Notes: generated by a model not told the origin, from the letters alone. 64,000 bases of DNA from Bdellovibrionales bacterium (GCA_965199825.1 OZ241329.1:2272001-2336000); one strand, 5' to 3'; counted from the stretch's first letter, positions 1 through 12,222 are shown. Numbers and translations: made by a program.

Positions 1-2
1 CT

Positions 3-641
3 GCTCGCGAAGATCAAGATCACGGTGTAAACATGGGTTTGTTTACTTATCCTTTGTTGATGAGTTCTGATATTTTGTTATTTGATGCCGACACTGTTCC
101 GACGGGTGAGGATCAACTCCAGCATATCGAGATCGCCCGCGATTTGGCTCAGCGAATGAATCATCACTATGGGCCCATACTCAAGGTTCCAAGTCCTCAA
201 ATCCGCACCCAAATGAAAACGGTGCTTGGGCTTGATGGGCGAAAGATGAGCAAATCTTATAACAATACGATTCCACTGTTTTCAGAAGAAAAAAAGCTGC
301 GCTCTCTCATTATGAAAATTAAAACCGATTCGACCCCACCCGAAGCTCCAAAGGAAACCAAAGGATCTTTGTTATTTGATTGGTATCAGCACTGGGCAAC
401 CGCTCAAGAGATTGAAGCCCTTTCTGAACGCTATGCCAAGGGCATTGCGTGGGGCCATGTGAAAGAAGAACTGTTTGAAGTCATCAACCGCGAGATCAAA
501 CCTTTAAGAGAAGTTTATCAATCGGTGATTGGTGATAAAGACAAAATCGATCAAATTTTAAAGCGGGGAGCCGATAAAGCGCGCGAGGTGGCTAAACAAA
601 CTTTGTTAAGAGTGCGCAAAGCCACCGGCATCGAGCGCTAG
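3..641 (+). CDS. trpS: Tryptophanyl-tRNA synthetase, 5'-truncated by the window edge
   Basis: GLFTYPLLMSSDILLF, VPTGEDQLQHIE and KMSKS class I motifs. The frame stays open upstream of ATG 33 to the window start. Confidence 0.95.
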   Translation, partial: AREDQDHGVNMGLFTYPLLMSSDILLFDADTVPTGEDQLQHIEIARDLAQRMNHHYGPILKVPSPQIRTQMKTVLGLDGRKMSKSYNNTIPLFSEEKKLRSLIMKIKTDSTPPEAPKETKGSLLFDWYQHWATAQEIEALSERYAKGIAWGHVKEELFEVINREIKPLREVYQSVIGDKDKIDQILKRGADKAREVAKQTLLRVRKATGIER

Positions 642-2023
642 ATTTGGCGCGCCCGTTTGTCTACCGCCAATGCGGCTTCACGAACCGCTTCGGCTAAAGT
701 GGGATGGGCATGAAAGCTTCGTGCGATATCTTCGCTACTTGCCGAAAATTCCATGGCGATCACCGCCTCGGCAATCATATCCGAAGCCCTTGGCCCTAAA
801 ATATGAACTCCCAAAACCCGGTCGGTTTTTTTATCGGCCAATATTTTAACCAATCCATCGGTTGAAGCCATTGTTTTTGCGCGTCCATTGGCCACAAACG
901 GAAAGCTTCCCATATTGTATTCGATGCCTGATTCTTTTAATTGCTCTTCGGTTTGTCCCACTGACGCTACTTCGGGCCATGTGTAGATCACTCCAGGAAC
1001 CGTACCATAGTTCACATGTCCAACACCTGTGACCATAAACTCGGCAACAGCCACGCCTTCTTCTTCGGCCTTGTGGGCAAGCATCGGCCCTTTGATCACG
1101 TCGCCAATCGCAAACACATTTTCAACCGAAGTTTGATAGTGCTCGTTGACCTCGATTTGTCCCCGAGGCTCGAGCTTTAATCCAATCGATTCGGCATTTA
1201 GGCCCGAGGTGTTGGGCTTGCGACCAGCTGAAACCAACACCACATCGGCTTCGAGCTCTTTTGTTTCGCCGCCTGTTGAAAATCGTACTTTGGCACCTTG
1301 TTGATGAACCTCGGCACTCTCAACTTTGGCGTTAAGGATAAATTCCATTCCCTGTTTTTTTAAAATCTGTTGCAGTTTTGAACTGATCTGAAGATCCATC
1401 GCTCCACAGATGTGATCGGCATATTCGATAACGGTGACCTTGGCTCCTAACCGCATCCACACCGATCCGAGTTCGAGCCCGATATAGCCCGCACCCACCA
1501 CAAGAAGATGCTTTGGAACTTCGGCTAACTCTAGGGCTCCGGTTGAGTCCACCACAATTTTATTATCCACCGGTAAACTTGGGATTTGATTGACCGAACT
1601 GCCGGTGGCAATCACAACTTTTTTGGCTTCAACAGTTTGATCACCAACTTTGATTTTGGTGGGGGTGACAAAAGATCCGGTCCCTTTGAATGTGGTGATT
1701 TTATTTTTTTTAAATAAATATCCAACACCACCTGTAAGGTCTTTAACTATTTTTTGTTTACGCGCCATCATTTTTGAAAGATCCAGTGTCACGTTTGAAA
1801 CATTGACCCCATGACTTTCGAGTTCATGATTGGCATTCAAAAAATGCTCACTCGATTCAAGCAGGGCTTTCGAAGGAATACACCCCACATTGAGGCAGGT
1901 GCCTCCAAAGGTTTCTTCTTTTTCGATCACCGCGGTTTTAAGCCCAAGCTGTGCCGCACGAATGGCGCAAACATAACCGCCGGGACCTGAACCAATCACA
2001 ACCAAATCAAAAACTTCTGACAT
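638..2023 (-). CDS. lpdA: Dihydrolipoamide dehydrogenase (E3)
   Basis: GSGPGG FAD motif, GGTCLNVGCIPSK redox disulfide and C-terminal HAHPTLAE. Lies directly after sucB. Confidence 0.97.
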   Translation of the reverse strand: MSEVFDLVVIGSGPGGYVCAIRAAQLGLKTAVIEKEETFGGTCLNVGCIPSKALLESSEHFLNANHELESHGVNVSNVTLDLSKMMARKQKIVKDLTGGVGYLFKKNKITTFKGTGSFVTPTKIKVGDQTVEAKKVVIATGSSVNQIPSLPVDNKIVVDSTGALELAEVPKHLLVVGAGYIGLELGSVWMRLGAKVTVIEYADHICGAMDLQISSKLQQILKKQGMEFILNAKVESAEVHQQGAKVRFSTGGETKELEADVVLVSAGRKPNTSGLNAESIGLKLEPRGQIEVNEHYQTSVENVFAIGDVIKGPMLAHKAEEEGVAVAEFMVTGVGHVNYGTVPGVIYTWPEVASVGQTEEQLKESGIEYNMGSFPFVANGRAKTMASTDGLVKILADKKTDRVLGVHILGPRASDMIAEAVIAMEFSASSEDIARSFHAHPTLAEAVREAALAVDKRARQI

Positions 2024-3208
2024 TTAAATCTCCAATAAAAGACGTTGAGGGTCTTCGAGGCTTTCTTTGACCTTCACCAAAAAGCTCACACTCTCTTGCC
2101 CATCTACCATGCGGTGATCATAGGAAAGTGCAAGGTACATCATCGGCCGAATTTCAACTTTTCCATTGATCACCACCGCGCGGTCTTCAATCTTATGCAT
2201 CCCTAAAATTCCGCTTTGGGGTGGATTCAAAATGGGTGTCGACATCAGCGAACCATAAACCCCACCGTTGGTGATGGTAAAAGTACCGCCGCTTAAATCA
2301 TCCACCGAAATTTTTCCGTCGCGAGCTTTCACCGCATAATCGCGAATCGACTGCTCAATTTGCGACAGACTCATATTTTGAGCATTGCGAATCACAGGAA
2401 CCATCAATCCACGCTCGGTGCCCACAGCAATACCGATATGATAGTTGTTGTTATAAACAATATCTGTTTTATCAAGCCGTGCATTCACTTTTGGAAAGGC
2501 CTTAAGGCCAGCAATCACTGCTCTCACAAAAAAGCTCATAAAGCCGAGGCCAACGTTGTGCTTTTCTTTGAATGAATCCTTATAGCGTGAACGAAGGTTC
2601 ATAATTGCACTCATGTCCACTTCGTTAAACGTGGTCAAGATCGCAGCGGTCTGTTGAGCTTCGACCAAACGCTCGGCAATTTTTTTCCTCAAAGTGCTCA
2701 TCGGCTCGCGACGAGTGTCGTCTTTTGAATTTTGAATAGGTTGAGGAGGGGGCGTCGCTTTTGGAACAGCAGCTGGTGGAGTTGATTTTTGTTCGACATC
2801 GGCTTTGGTCAAACGGCCATCTTTACCGGTGCCGGTAATTGTTTTGGGATCGATCTTTTGTTCTTCGACCACACGACGGACCGCCGGCGATAAGGGCTGA
2901 TCTTTAACTTCGGTGGCCTTCACATTCGGAACAGGAGTTGTTTTTGGTGGGGCACTTGGTTTCGAACTCTGAGCTTCAGAGTCAATGGTGCCGATCACCG
3001 CTCCCACTTGCACGGTCTCACCACTTTTGGCCGATGTTTGAAGCACACCTTCGTGCTCTGAAACCACCTCGACACTGGCCTTGTCGGTTTCAAGGGTCAA
3101 AATCACATCGTCACGTTTGATCAAGTCGCCGCTATTTTTGAGCCACTGACCGATTGTGGCTTCGGTGATCGATTCGCCAACCGCGGGAACTTTAATATCT
3201 ACTTTCAT
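2024..3208 (-). CDS. sucB: 2-oxoglutarate dehydrogenase E2 (dihydrolipoyl succinyltransferase)
   Basis: Lipoyl domain ETDKA, E3-binding [10 protein letters not shown] and catalytic YDHRMVDG. Start moved to ATG 3208 (MKVDIKVP), which follows an AAGGAAGAG SD. Confidence 0.96.
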   Translation of the reverse strand: MKVDIKVPAVGESITEATIGQWLKNSGDLIKRDDVILTLETDKASVEVVSEHEGVLQTSAKSGETVQVGAVIGTIDSEAQSSKPSAPPKTTPVPNVKATEVKDQPLSPAVRRVVEEQKIDPKTITGTGKDGRLTKADVEQKSTPPAAVPKATPPPQPIQNSKDDTRREPMSTLRKKIAERLVEAQQTAAILTTFNEVDMSAIMNLRSRYKDSFKEKHNVGLGFMSFFVRAVIAGLKAFPKVNARLDKTDIVYNNNYHIGIAVGTERGLMVPVIRNAQNMSLSQIEQSIRDYAVKARDGKISVDDLSGGTFTITNGGVYGSLMSTPILNPPQSGILGMHKIEDRAVVINGKVEIRPMMYLALSYDHRMVDGQESVSFLVKVKESLEDPQRLLLEI

Positions 3209-3218
3209 GATCTCTTCC

Positions 3219-5942
3219 TTATTTTTGAAAACACTGATTGATGATTTCGTTTTGTTCGCGAGCATGTGTCTTTGCAGATCCGGTTGCGGGTGAGGCCCGA
3301 TCGGTTCGACCCACATACTCGATCTCAATTTTTTTAAGTCCTAATTCATCGAGCAATTGGCGAAGCCGAGGTTGAACAAAAGTATAGCCCCCCATATTTT
3401 TTGGCTCCTCTTGAGCCCAAATTAATTTTTTCAAATGGGAATAGCCATTCACAAAAGGGGTCAGTTGGGTTTTGGGAAAGGGATAAAATTGCTCAAGCCG
3501 AATGACCGCCACATTTTTAATATTTTTTTCTTCGCGGTATTTATCAAGATCGTAAAATAATTTACCCGAACAGAGCACCACAGTGTCCACATCTTGTGGC
3601 GCACTGATAAAAGGATCATCCAAAACTTCTTGAAAGTGGCCAAACAAAAGTTCTTCGGCTTGCGAAATCACTTTTGGATGACGCAGCAAGGATTTTGGCG
3701 ACATCACAACAAGGGGCTTTCTAAAATCTCTGCGCACCTGACGTCTCAATGCATGAAAGATTTGGGCGGGTGTTGTCAGATTGCAAACTTGCATATTGTC
3801 TTGAGCACAGAGTTGCAAAAATCGCTCAAGCCGAGCACTCGAATGCTCAGGCCCTTGACCTTCATAACCATGAGGGAGAAGCAGAGTGAGTCCACAGCCT
3901 CTGGCCCATTTTTCTTCACCACTTGATAAAAATTGATCGATCACAATTTGGGCCCCATTGGCGAAATCACCAAACTGAGCTTCCCAAACGGTAAGGTAAG
4001 TGGGATCAGAAATTGAATTTCCATATTCAAATCCCAACACCGCCATTTCGGAGAGCAAAGAATTGTAGATCACAAATTCGCCGTGCTCAGGATTTAAAGT
4101 GGCAAGCGGACAAAACCCTTTGCCGTCTTTGCTATCAAAATAAACCGCATGTCGGTGCGAAAATGTTCCGCGTTTGACATCTTGACCCGAAATTCTCACA
4201 GGCGTTCCTTCAACACACAAAGTGCCGTAGGCCAAGAGTTCGCCAAGTGCCCAATCCACCCGGCCCGAACCCAGAAGTTCTTTGCGGGTTTGTAAGAGCT
4301 TTTGAACTTTTGGATTAAGATGAAAATTTGGTGGATCTTCGGTCAAAACTTTTCCGACCTTGGTCATCAATTCCATAGGAACGGCGGTCTCAGGAGATTT
4401 CTCAAAATCCTCATGTTTTGCGCGTCTCAGATTTTTCCAAAATTTTTCAAAGGCGTGAGGTTTAATTTCTGGCGGATTGGACCGGGTGTTATCAAGAACC
4501 CCTTGGAGATTTTGCATTTTTTCTTGATAAAAGTTTTTGATTTCATCTTCGCTCAAAACTTTTTGGGCAACACATTGTTTGCCGTAAATTTCCATCAGAG
4601 TCGCATGCTTTTTGATATTCTCAACCATCACCGGTTGAGTAAAAGCGGGCTCATCTTGCTCGTTGTGACCATGACGTCGGTAACAGATCAAATCGATAAC
4701 CAAATCCTCACCAAATTTTTGTCGAAACTCGATCGAAATTTCCATCGCTTTAATGCAAGCTTCAACATCATCCCCATTGACCAAAAGTATGGGAGCCTTG
4801 ATCGATTTTGCCATATCAGAAGAGTAGCGAGTCGATCGGGTTTGATCGGGATCGGTGGTGAATCCCACCTGATTATTAATGATGATATGAATGGTTCCGC
4901 CAACCGTATACCCTTGAAGGCGCGACATCTGTAAGGTTTCGGCCACCACACCTTGACCCGAAAAAGCGGCGTCGCCATGAATTAAAATTGGCAAAACTTT
5001 TTTGCGTTCAACCGTATCGTTGCGGCGTCGTTGTTTGGCGCGCGACATTCCCAAAACCACAGGATTGACGATCTCAAGATGTGAAGGATTAAAAGCCAGC
5101 GACACATGACATGGACCATTTGGTGTTTCTTTATCGCACGAGTAGCCTAAATGATATTTCACATCGCCATCATAGGCATGATCGATACGGGCAATGCCGT
5201 CGAACTCAGCCAAAATATCGCCGAGAGCTTTACCCATAAAATTGGCGAGCACGTTGACCCGGCCGCGATGAGCCATTCCGATCACAATCTCTTCAATATG
5301 AAGAGGTGTTCCCATCTGCACCGAAAATTCGAGCATGGGCATCAGCGCATCACCACCTTCAATCGAAAAACGTTTGCTACTCACAAAGCGGGCTTGCAAA
5401 AATTTTTCGAGCGATTCGGTCCGGGCTAAGCTGTGATAAATCGCAATCTTTTGTTCTTTGGAAATTTCTGATTTGGGACTTTCTAAAATTTGTCGAAACC
5501 ACTGCGCCACTTCGGGGCGACAATCAGAAACCTGTGCGGTCAAACTTCCGCAATAAGCATTTTCAAGTTTTGTGATGATCTCGCGCAGTGTACTTGTCCC
5601 AAGTCCAGCAAACGCTCCCACTTTAAAAGTCTTATCGAGATCTTTATCACTCAAAGAAAAATTTTTGAGATCAAACAATTCGGTCTGTTTGGAGCTTAAT
5701 CCCAAGGGGTCGAGATTGGCTTTGAGGTGACCGTAATCGCGATAAGTTTGGATCAGATTTAAAACATTGAGTTCATCTTGCGAAAGCTCGCCCGAATTTT
5801 TAAATCCGCTAAATTCCATGCCTTCAAAAAAAGCGCGCAACGTGGCTTCGACCGACGACGGATCGCTTTGAAATTGATGATACATAGTTTCGAGATATTC
5901 AAGATTCGAGCGCGATGCGAACTCCGAGTTTTTCACAGGCAA
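3219..5942 (-). CDS. sucA: 2-oxoglutarate dehydrogenase E1
   Basis: [33 protein letters not shown] motif, WEAQFGDF and [15 protein letters not shown]. Confidence 0.97.
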   Translation of the reverse strand: MPVKNSEFASRSNLEYLETMYHQFQSDPSSVEATLRAFFEGMEFSGFKNSGELSQDELNVLNLIQTYRDYGHLKANLDPLGLSSKQTELFDLKNFSLSDKDLDKTFKVGAFAGLGTSTLREIITKLENAYCGSLTAQVSDCRPEVAQWFRQILESPKSEISKEQKIAIYHSLARTESLEKFLQARFVSSKRFSIEGGDALMPMLEFSVQMGTPLHIEEIVIGMAHRGRVNVLANFMGKALGDILAEFDGIARIDHAYDGDVKYHLGYSCDKETPNGPCHVSLAFNPSHLEIVNPVVLGMSRAKQRRRNDTVERKKVLPILIHGDAAFSGQGVVAETLQMSRLQGYTVGGTIHIIINNQVGFTTDPDQTRSTRYSSDMAKSIKAPILLVNGDDVEACIKAMEISIEFRQKFGEDLVIDLICYRRHGHNEQDEPAFTQPVMVENIKKHATLMEIYGKQCVAQKVLSEDEIKNFYQEKMQNLQGVLDNTRSNPPEIKPHAFEKFWKNLRRAKHEDFEKSPETAVPMELMTKVGKVLTEDPPNFHLNPKVQKLLQTRKELLGSGRVDWALGELLAYGTLCVEGTPVRISGQDVKRGTFSHRHAVYFDSKDGKGFCPLATLNPEHGEFVIYNSLLSEMAVLGFEYGNSISDPTYLTVWEAQFGDFANGAQIVIDQFLSSGEEKWARGCGLTLLLPHGYEGQGPEHSSARLERFLQLCAQDNMQVCNLTTPAQIFHALRRQVRRDFRKPLVVMSPKSLLRHPKVISQAEELLFGHFQEVLDDPFISAPQDVDTVVLCSGKLFYDLDKYREEKNIKNVAVIRLEQFYPFPKTQLTPFVNGYSHLKKLIWAQEEPKNMGGYTFVQPRLRQLLDELGLKKIEIEYVGRTDRASPATGSAKTHAREQNEIINQCFQK

Positions 5943-6041
5943 AAATTCCTTAATAAGAAGTGAATTGGGAAGGGTCAGTTATACCAGACATCTGACAAAA
6001 TCTTTAGACTTTCTGCGTTAGTCACACTACAACCAAAGCCT

Positions 6042-8654
6042 ATGAAAAAACCCATTTTGATTCTTTTTGGTGTCGTCTTTTTTATTTTAGCAACCTATGC
6101 GGTCTTAAGTCAGACATTGCTGCACTCTTTAGCCACCCAAAAAATTTTGGCGGCGGCTCACGAAGCTCATGTGGATTTGCGATTTGATCGACTCAAAGTG
6201 GATCTCTTGCCCATCGGCGTGACGCTTGAAGGTGTTTCGGTCGAAATTCCTAAACAAATCCGGTCGCACATCGAAACCGCCGAAGTCTCGATTTCAATTT
6301 TGCATCTCTTCATTTTTGACCTCAAATTAAAAGTTTTTGTTGATTCAGGTCATTTTGAATTCTTTGAAAAACCATCAACTCCATCACAAACCACCGCGGC
6401 ATCCACCGAAACTTCGGTGCCTCAACTTCCTCTTTCAATTTCTTTGAAATTTGAAGGCCGTAATTTAAATTTTAAAAAATCAGATCAAGAAATCGAACTC
6501 AAAAAGTTAGAATTTGAAAAATCAAATTTGCTCGATCTTAAAAAACCATTTGCTGTTGCGGTGGAAGGCGACTTGATGTCGCTCCCATTTACAATTGAGT
6601 CAGCAAAAGTTTTTGCCAATCCCACCGAATTTGAATGCGAAAAATTCACTCTGACCGCCGCAGGAATTAAGCTCAAAGGCTCGGCCTCGGGGACAACCGA
6701 TTTGAGTCTCTTTAAGTCCTCAGGCGAGTTGATTGGAAAAGATCTTGGCGCTATACCGGTTGATCATTTTACCAATAAAATTAAATCTTTAAGTGGAGAT
6801 CTTGAGGCGACTTATATGATCGATCGCGCGCCTCAAAAAGCTCTCGAATTCCAAATCAAGGCCAAATCAACAAAGGCCACTGCGACTCTAAATCATCCCC
6901 AAGTCATTGGGCTGGTCGAGGTCGCATTGGCGCTGGATGTAGAAGCAGCCAACAATCAGCTAAAAGTCCAAAATAGTTTTATCACTGCCAATCTCAACGA
7001 GGCCGAAATTCATTCCAGCTATTTTGAAAAACCAAAAAAAATTCCGCTTGAAGTCTCAAGTGAATTTTCGGGTGATCAAAAAAATGTTGTTCTCAAAAAT
7101 TCGCATCTCAAATTCGCTCAAGCTCTTTTGCAATTCGAAGGAGCACTCAAAGATGCTTTGACTGAGCCGGTTTTAGATCTCTCCTATCAGCTCCCTCAGA
7201 TGAGCCTTTCGCAGATTCAACCATTCTTGCCAATGCTCAAAAAATCTCCACTGAGTGGCAATGCTTTAGTTCAAGGGACCGCATCGATTCCGTTAAAGGA
7301 TCCCAAAAAGTTAAGTGCCGAGGTCAAAAAACTTGAACTCAAAAATGTAAAAGGCCATTTGCAAATGTCACCCGCACTGTCGGGACCATTTGAATTTGAC
7401 CTTGATGCTTCGGCTTCTATTGATAAATCATTGGTCAAAAAATTAGATTCTCAGGGTCAGCTGCATTTTGATCCCTTAAATTTAAAATTTAAAAGTCATG
7501 TGACAAATCTTAAAAATGTTTCTGCCGAATTGAATGGTGAGGTCACCGATTTTAAAAAGCTTGCCGCATTCAATCCAAATTTAAGTCAGATCGAGGGCAA
7601 ATCCCAATTTCAAATTCGTGTCAGTGGGCCGTTGACCTTGAGTACTCCTGTTATGGATTTGTCCCTGACCACCACGGGATCAGTCAAAGTACAAATTCCG
7701 AAATACAAATCAATGAGTGTGGTGAGTTCCCCGAAATTGCCTGCACCTCACTTAAGTGCAGCCCCCTTAAAACCCAAACCTTTTTTAAGCCAACAAAAAA
7801 TATTTAACGACATGAACATTGAATTTGCACTCAACTTAAATGAAGCGCAGTTCAATCAAATTGTTGCAAAAGATGTGAGTCTTAAATCTCGTTTTACAAA
7901 TCAGGGTTTAAAAGGTGAGGTGCGCATTGGTTCGATTTTTGATGGATCGGTGACCGCTTCAAATTTGAGTCTCAATCCCTTTCGACCCAACTCATTTGCC
8001 CAAGGCCGCTTAGGGTTTAATCAAATCAATGTCGAAAAAATGCTTAAAGGTGTAAAGCCAGAATTCGCCGATTATGCATCGGGAATCGCCTCTGGAAATT
8101 TGCAATTTGAGAGTCCAGATCCACGGATCTTAAATTTTCAAAAAGAGGTGAGTGCCAATGGTCAAATGCAGGTGAGCCATGCTCGCTTAAAATCTGCACC
8201 GATCAAAGCGATGGCCCAAAAGTTTTTGGCTAAAATTCCTGGAGTTTCTGTCAAGACCGATCAAATTCAAGATGTGGCAATGAAGGCGGACTTAAACTTA
8301 ACCCTCAAAGACAATGTGGCAAATCTTCATCCCTTTCATGCGGTGAGCGAGCAAAATGATGATCTTCATTTTGAAGGAACGGTCTCGCTTGATCTTCTGG
8401 CTCACCTTAAGGGCGAAATGCACATCGCCAATTCTCCGTTGGGAGGAAGTTTGCTCAAGGCCAATCAAGATGAAAAGGGCAGGCTCGTTTTGCCGCTCGA
8501 GATCAATGGCAACTTGATGGATCCAAAAATTAATTTCGCCGAAGCCACAATCGAAAGAATGTTACATAAAACTTTTCAGCTCGAAAAAGACAATTTGCTC
8601 AAAAATGCGGGCGACCAACTGAAAGATAAATTGAAAGGAATTTTTGGCAAATGA
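6042..8654 (+). CDS. AsmA-like envelope protein (putative lipid-transport bridge family)
   Basis: Single N-terminal TM anchor, long beta-rich body and a C-terminal LPLEINGNLMDPKI motif typical of AsmA C-termini. Confidence 0.6.
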   Translation: MKKPILILFGVVFFILATYAVLSQTLLHSLATQKILAAAHEAHVDLRFDRLKVDLLPIGVTLEGVSVEIPKQIRSHIETAEVSISILHLFIFDLKLKVFVDSGHFEFFEKPSTPSQTTAASTETSVPQLPLSISLKFEGRNLNFKKSDQEIELKKLEFEKSNLLDLKKPFAVAVEGDLMSLPFTIESAKVFANPTEFECEKFTLTAAGIKLKGSASGTTDLSLFKSSGELIGKDLGAIPVDHFTNKIKSLSGDLEATYMIDRAPQKALEFQIKAKSTKATATLNHPQVIGLVEVALALDVEAANNQLKVQNSFITANLNEAEIHSSYFEKPKKIPLEVSSEFSGDQKNVVLKNSHLKFAQALLQFEGALKDALTEPVLDLSYQLPQMSLSQIQPFLPMLKKSPLSGNALVQGTASIPLKDPKKLSAEVKKLELKNVKGHLQMSPALSGPFEFDLDASASIDKSLVKKLDSQGQLHFDPLNLKFKSHVTNLKNVSAELNGEVTDFKKLAAFNPNLSQIEGKSQFQIRVSGPLTLSTPVMDLSLTTTGSVKVQIPKYKSMSVVSSPKLPAPHLSAAPLKPKPFLSQQKIFNDMNIEFALNLNEAQFNQIVAKDVSLKSRFTNQGLKGEVRIGSIFDGSVTASNLSLNPFRPNSFAQGRLGFNQINVEKMLKGVKPEFADYASGIASGNLQFESPDPRILNFQKEVSANGQMQVSHARLKSAPIKAMAQKFLAKIPGVSVKTDQIQDVAMKADLNLTLKDNVANLHPFHAVSEQNDDLHFEGTVSLDLLAHLKGEMHIANSPLGGSLLKANQDEKGRLVLPLEINGNLMDPKINFAEATIERMLHKTFQLEKDNLLKNAGDQLKDKLKGIFGK

Positions 8655-9565
8655 ACCACAGTATATTGGCTTACGAAAGAGCTGAGGCGATGGAAGTTTG
8701 GGGCCTATTCTTAAGCGTTTGGAATTACAATGTGTTCGCGGTGGACGGCAATGGGGTCTCTTTCGGAAAAATTGTTGCCGGAATTATTTTGTTTATTTTT
8801 GGGATTGCACTCGCACGAAAAATTTCGGGACGGATCGAAAAGCGATTTCTGATGCGAATGGATATTGATGCATCGGTGCGCTACAATCTGCGATCGATTA
8901 TTCTTTATCTGCTTGTGATTTTTAATGCCCTCTTTGTGATGCGCCTTTTAAATATTCCGCTCACTGTTTTTGCGGTGGCTGGGGGAGCGCTTGCAATCGG
9001 AATCGGATTTGGCAGTCAGAATATTGTGAATAATTTTATTTCAGGTTTAATCATTATGGTCGAGCGGCCTGTTCGAGTGGGCGACGTGATCGAAATCGGC
9101 GACCTCTCAGGCACGGTGGAACAAATTGGGGCCCGATCCACCCGGGTCAAGACCGCACTTAATACCCGAATCATCGTTCCGAATAGCACATTTTTAGAAA
9201 AAAATATTGTCAATTGGACCCTTGGCGACAAGATCGTTCGCTGTAAGGTGAGCCTTGATGTTTCTTATAACAATAAGATTCAGCAAGTGATCAAAGTGTT
9301 AACCGAAATTGCTTTAGAAGATGCCGATGTCGTCAAACATCCCGTACCGATGGTGGTGGTTTCAGATTTTAGCGAGAACGCGATAAAATTTGATGTGTTC
9401 TATTGGGCTCAAGTGGGGGGCTCAAGAACATTGGTCGAAATCGCGAGTGATATTCGTATTGCGGTTCATGGTCGGTTTGAAAAAGAGCAGCTCTCGCTCG
9501 CTTATCCCAAAAAAGCATCACCAACCCAAATTCAGGTCTTAAGCCTTCCACCTCCTCAAGGATAA
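8651..9565 (+). CDS. MscS-family mechanosensitive channel
   Basis: GALAIGIGFGSQNIVNNFISGLII, ERPVRVGDVIE and IIVPNS motifs. Confidence 0.92.
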   Translation: MNHSILAYERAEAMEVWGLFLSVWNYNVFAVDGNGVSFGKIVAGIILFIFGIALARKISGRIEKRFLMRMDIDASVRYNLRSIILYLLVIFNALFVMRLLNIPLTVFAVAGGALAIGIGFGSQNIVNNFISGLIIMVERPVRVGDVIEIGDLSGTVEQIGARSTRVKTALNTRIIVPNSTFLEKNIVNWTLGDKIVRCKVSLDVSYNNKIQQVIKVLTEIALEDADVVKHPVPMVVVSDFSENAIKFDVFYWAQVGGSRTLVEIASDIRIAVHGRFEKEQLSLAYPKKASPTQIQVLSLPPPQG

Positions 9566-9569
9566 AAAC

Positions 9570-10148
9570 ATGTTTTCATTTATACAAAATATTGACGATG
9601 CCATTTTTAAATTCGTAAATTCCTCGATGACCCACCCTATGCTGGACTCCTTTTTCCCATGGCTTACCGGACTACAAAACGACGACACCTTTCGCTATCG
9701 AGTTTTACCCATTTTGCTTGGTGTTTTTATTTTGATACTTCGTATGAAAATGGTGCGAGCCATATTGGCGATCATTTGTGTTTTGATTGTGACCGATTCG
9801 ATTGGCAGCCGAATTTTTAAGCCTTTGTTTAATCGCACTCGTCCCAACAACCAAATTGAACAAAGTCATTCGATTTTGCGAATTCCCTATGGTCCACAGA
9901 GCGGGTCGTTTCCGAGTAATCATTCGATGAATAGTTTTGCGGTTGCAACAGTTCTTGTTTACTACTTTCCGCTGATTGCATTCCCGGTATTTTTTATTGC
10001 GGTCCTCTCGGGCTACGCCCGAATTTACGTCGGGGTACATTATCCCACCGACGTGATTATTGGAGCGATGCTTGGAATAGCAATTGCGATCTTGGTGCTC
10101 AAACTCTTAAATTATATTCCGCTATTTCGTCGCATCCGCGGCTTGTGA
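9570..10148 (+). CDS. PAP2-family membrane phosphatase
   Basis: K-x6-RP, SFPSNH and ARIYVGVHYPTDV motifs. Confidence 0.92.
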   Translation: MFSFIQNIDDAIFKFVNSSMTHPMLDSFFPWLTGLQNDDTFRYRVLPILLGVFILILRMKMVRAILAIICVLIVTDSIGSRIFKPLFNRTRPNNQIEQSHSILRIPYGPQSGSFPSNHSMNSFAVATVLVYYFPLIAFPVFFIAVLSGYARIYVGVHYPTDVIIGAMLGIAIAILVLKLLNYIPLFRRIRGL

Positions 10149-12167
10149 ATTGAGCCGGCTCGGATTGTGATAGAGCAAATATTTTGCGGTTTCAAAAAGT
10201 CCTTCATTTAAGTTTTTGAGATTCTCAAAATCTTTGGGAAATTTTTTGGCTACATCTTGAGATGCGGGTGCGTTTCTGGTGGCATAAAGATGGGTCACAC
10301 CGCGTGCATCTCCGGATGAAAAAAACTGCGGGGTTAAAAGTCCAATGCCAGGCGGATTTTGATAATAGATGTAGCTCAATGCAAATCTTGAATCTTTAAA
10401 TTGGGGATCAAATAAATTTCGTCCAAACGCTCCATTTTCAAAATTTCGACCCATGAGGCCGGCTAAACTCGGAAGAACATCGGGTGAAGTTGCAATCTCG
10501 GTATTGATTGAGCCTTGAGGCCAATATTTTGGTGAATAAAGCGTTAAAGGCACGTGAAAGCGCGAGAGCAGATGTTCTTTTTCAAAAGGTGTCACATGAT
10601 CAGCCCCATCGTCAGGCAATCCATGATCTCCCACTACCACAAAAATGGTATTGCCAAAATAAGCCGATTTTTTGGCAAGCTCAAAGAAACGTCCAAGACT
10701 ATAGTCTGCAAAGCGCATCGAGTTGTATTCGTCATTTGAAATAAACCCGGAGTGGGCCAGTTGCTCTAAAGTTAAATTTTCAACCGCGAAATCGCCATGA
10801 TCGCTTGGTATGGTGTAGGGGCGATGAAATCCGGCGGTTTGGATAAACGCAAAAAATGGTTTTTTTGTTCCATGCTGAACCAGGCGCTCGTTCGCTTCTT
10901 CAAATAAATGAAGATCGGCAATGCCCCAAACATCGGTGCGTGGATGATGAAATTGACCTTCTTCAACAATGTCGACGCCAGAAATATTGTGAGCTAAGAC
11001 GCCGCGAATATTTCCCCAGTTCGCGCTTCCACCAATAAAATAAAATTTATCGTAATCGGTAAATGCATTGACGATGGTGTTTTGCTCAACAATCAGCGGA
11101 TTGCGCGAAGATGTTTTGTTGCCCGTCACATCAGGCACACCAGAGACATAACAAAATACCGAGCGCGCAGTGCCTTCGGCAGGAACATAAAACCGCGTAA
11201 AGGTGAGAGCATTTTTGGCGATCTTATCAAAATAGGGAGTGGGGTTCATCGGATGCCCCAAGAAGCCGGTTTTGTACGAGGCAAACGACTCCATGATGAT
11301 AAACACAACATTGGGCTTATCTTTTAAAACATTCGGCAGCGGTGTGAGATGAATGGGGCGCGCAAAATTTAAATTTTGATTATCTAATTTTTCGACACCG
11401 AAATATTTGGCAACCAGCGGATAAAACTTTTTTACTTTTCCGATATCAAAATCTTTTTCGCGATGATGAAGGGTATCAAAAAAATAGTGGACCGGATTAA
11501 TTCCAAGTGAGGACGTAAAGGCATCGGTGGTAAAAAAGGCCTCCGACCAACGCAAAGGATATTGCGAGAGTTTGCCGTGACCCAAGGCCGCAATAATGAT
11601 TAGCCCAGTGAGCCCACCAAAAATTCTTTTTTTAATCGGAAAATAAACAATCGCCAGATCACGAAAAATCAATCGGCGAAAAACCAAATAAAAAAACGCG
11701 AAGGCTCCAACCAACAAAAAGACGCTGGGTAAAATTGGGTAGGTCTGCCACACCATCTCAGCCGAAATCCAAAAATTTTCGAGAAAGCCGAGAACACTCG
11801 CATTGAGTCGACTGTGCAGGTAGGCAAAATATCCAAAATCAACCAAAAAAACCGCAATGAGAATCGTGACGATTGCGGCATAGACCACCGCCCACCATTT
11901 ATTTTTTGTGGGCGTGTTAAAAGGCCTAGGCCACAAAAACAATGGGAGCGACAGAGCAAGTGCAACACGCAGATCAAATTTTAAACCAAGGTAAAAAGCC
12001 CAGAGAGTGTCTGAGCTTGAAGGGTGGTTTGCAAGATGATGAAACCAGCCATAAAACCCTAATCGAAAAAGAGTCTCAAGACTCAAGATCAAGATGACGG
12101 TAAGAATTAAATTTCGTGCACGAAGGCCTAAAATTGAAAGCATCGTGGGGGTCTCCTTAAAATTCAT
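10122..12167 (-). CDS. LTA synthase-family / sulfatase-fold membrane phosphotransferase
   Basis: Five N-terminal TM segments, PNVVFIIMESF, a putative Thr nucleophile (EGTARS), HRPY and VGDHG. An alternative start is possible at MLSIL. Confidence 0.85.
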   Translation of the reverse strand: MNFKETPTMLSILGLRARNLILTVILILSLETLFRLGFYGWFHHLANHPSSSDTLWAFYLGLKFDLRVALALSLPLFLWPRPFNTPTKNKWWAVVYAAIVTILIAVFLVDFGYFAYLHSRLNASVLGFLENFWISAEMVWQTYPILPSVFLLVGAFAFFYLVFRRLIFRDLAIVYFPIKKRIFGGLTGLIIIAALGHGKLSQYPLRWSEAFFTTDAFTSSLGINPVHYFFDTLHHREKDFDIGKVKKFYPLVAKYFGVEKLDNQNLNFARPIHLTPLPNVLKDKPNVVFIIMESFASYKTGFLGHPMNPTPYFDKIAKNALTFTRFYVPAEGTARSVFCYVSGVPDVTGNKTSSRNPLIVEQNTIVNAFTDYDKFYFIGGSANWGNIRGVLAHNISGVDIVEEGQFHHPRTDVWGIADLHLFEEANERLVQHGTKKPFFAFIQTAGFHRPYTIPSDHGDFAVENLTLEQLAHSGFISNDEYNSMRFADYSLGRFFELAKKSAYFGNTIFVVVGDHGLPDDGADHVTPFEKEHLLSRFHVPLTLYSPKYWPQGSINTEIATSPDVLPSLAGLMGRNFENGAFGRNLFDPQFKDSRFALSYIYYQNPPGIGLLTPQFFSSGDARGVTHLYATRNAPASQDVAKKFPKDFENLKNLNEGLFETAKYLLYHNPSRLNSQAADATK

Positions 12168-12222
12168 TCGTAACGTAAGTTTTGGATAGAGAATAGTTTT
12201 TAGCCCTACAATGCCGGGCGTA

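Noticed and set aside
4302..4934. 210-aa antisense ORF in sucA, and the many other short nested or antisense ORFs in the track
   Set aside because: They are shadows of well-supported genes, with no motifs or translation signals.
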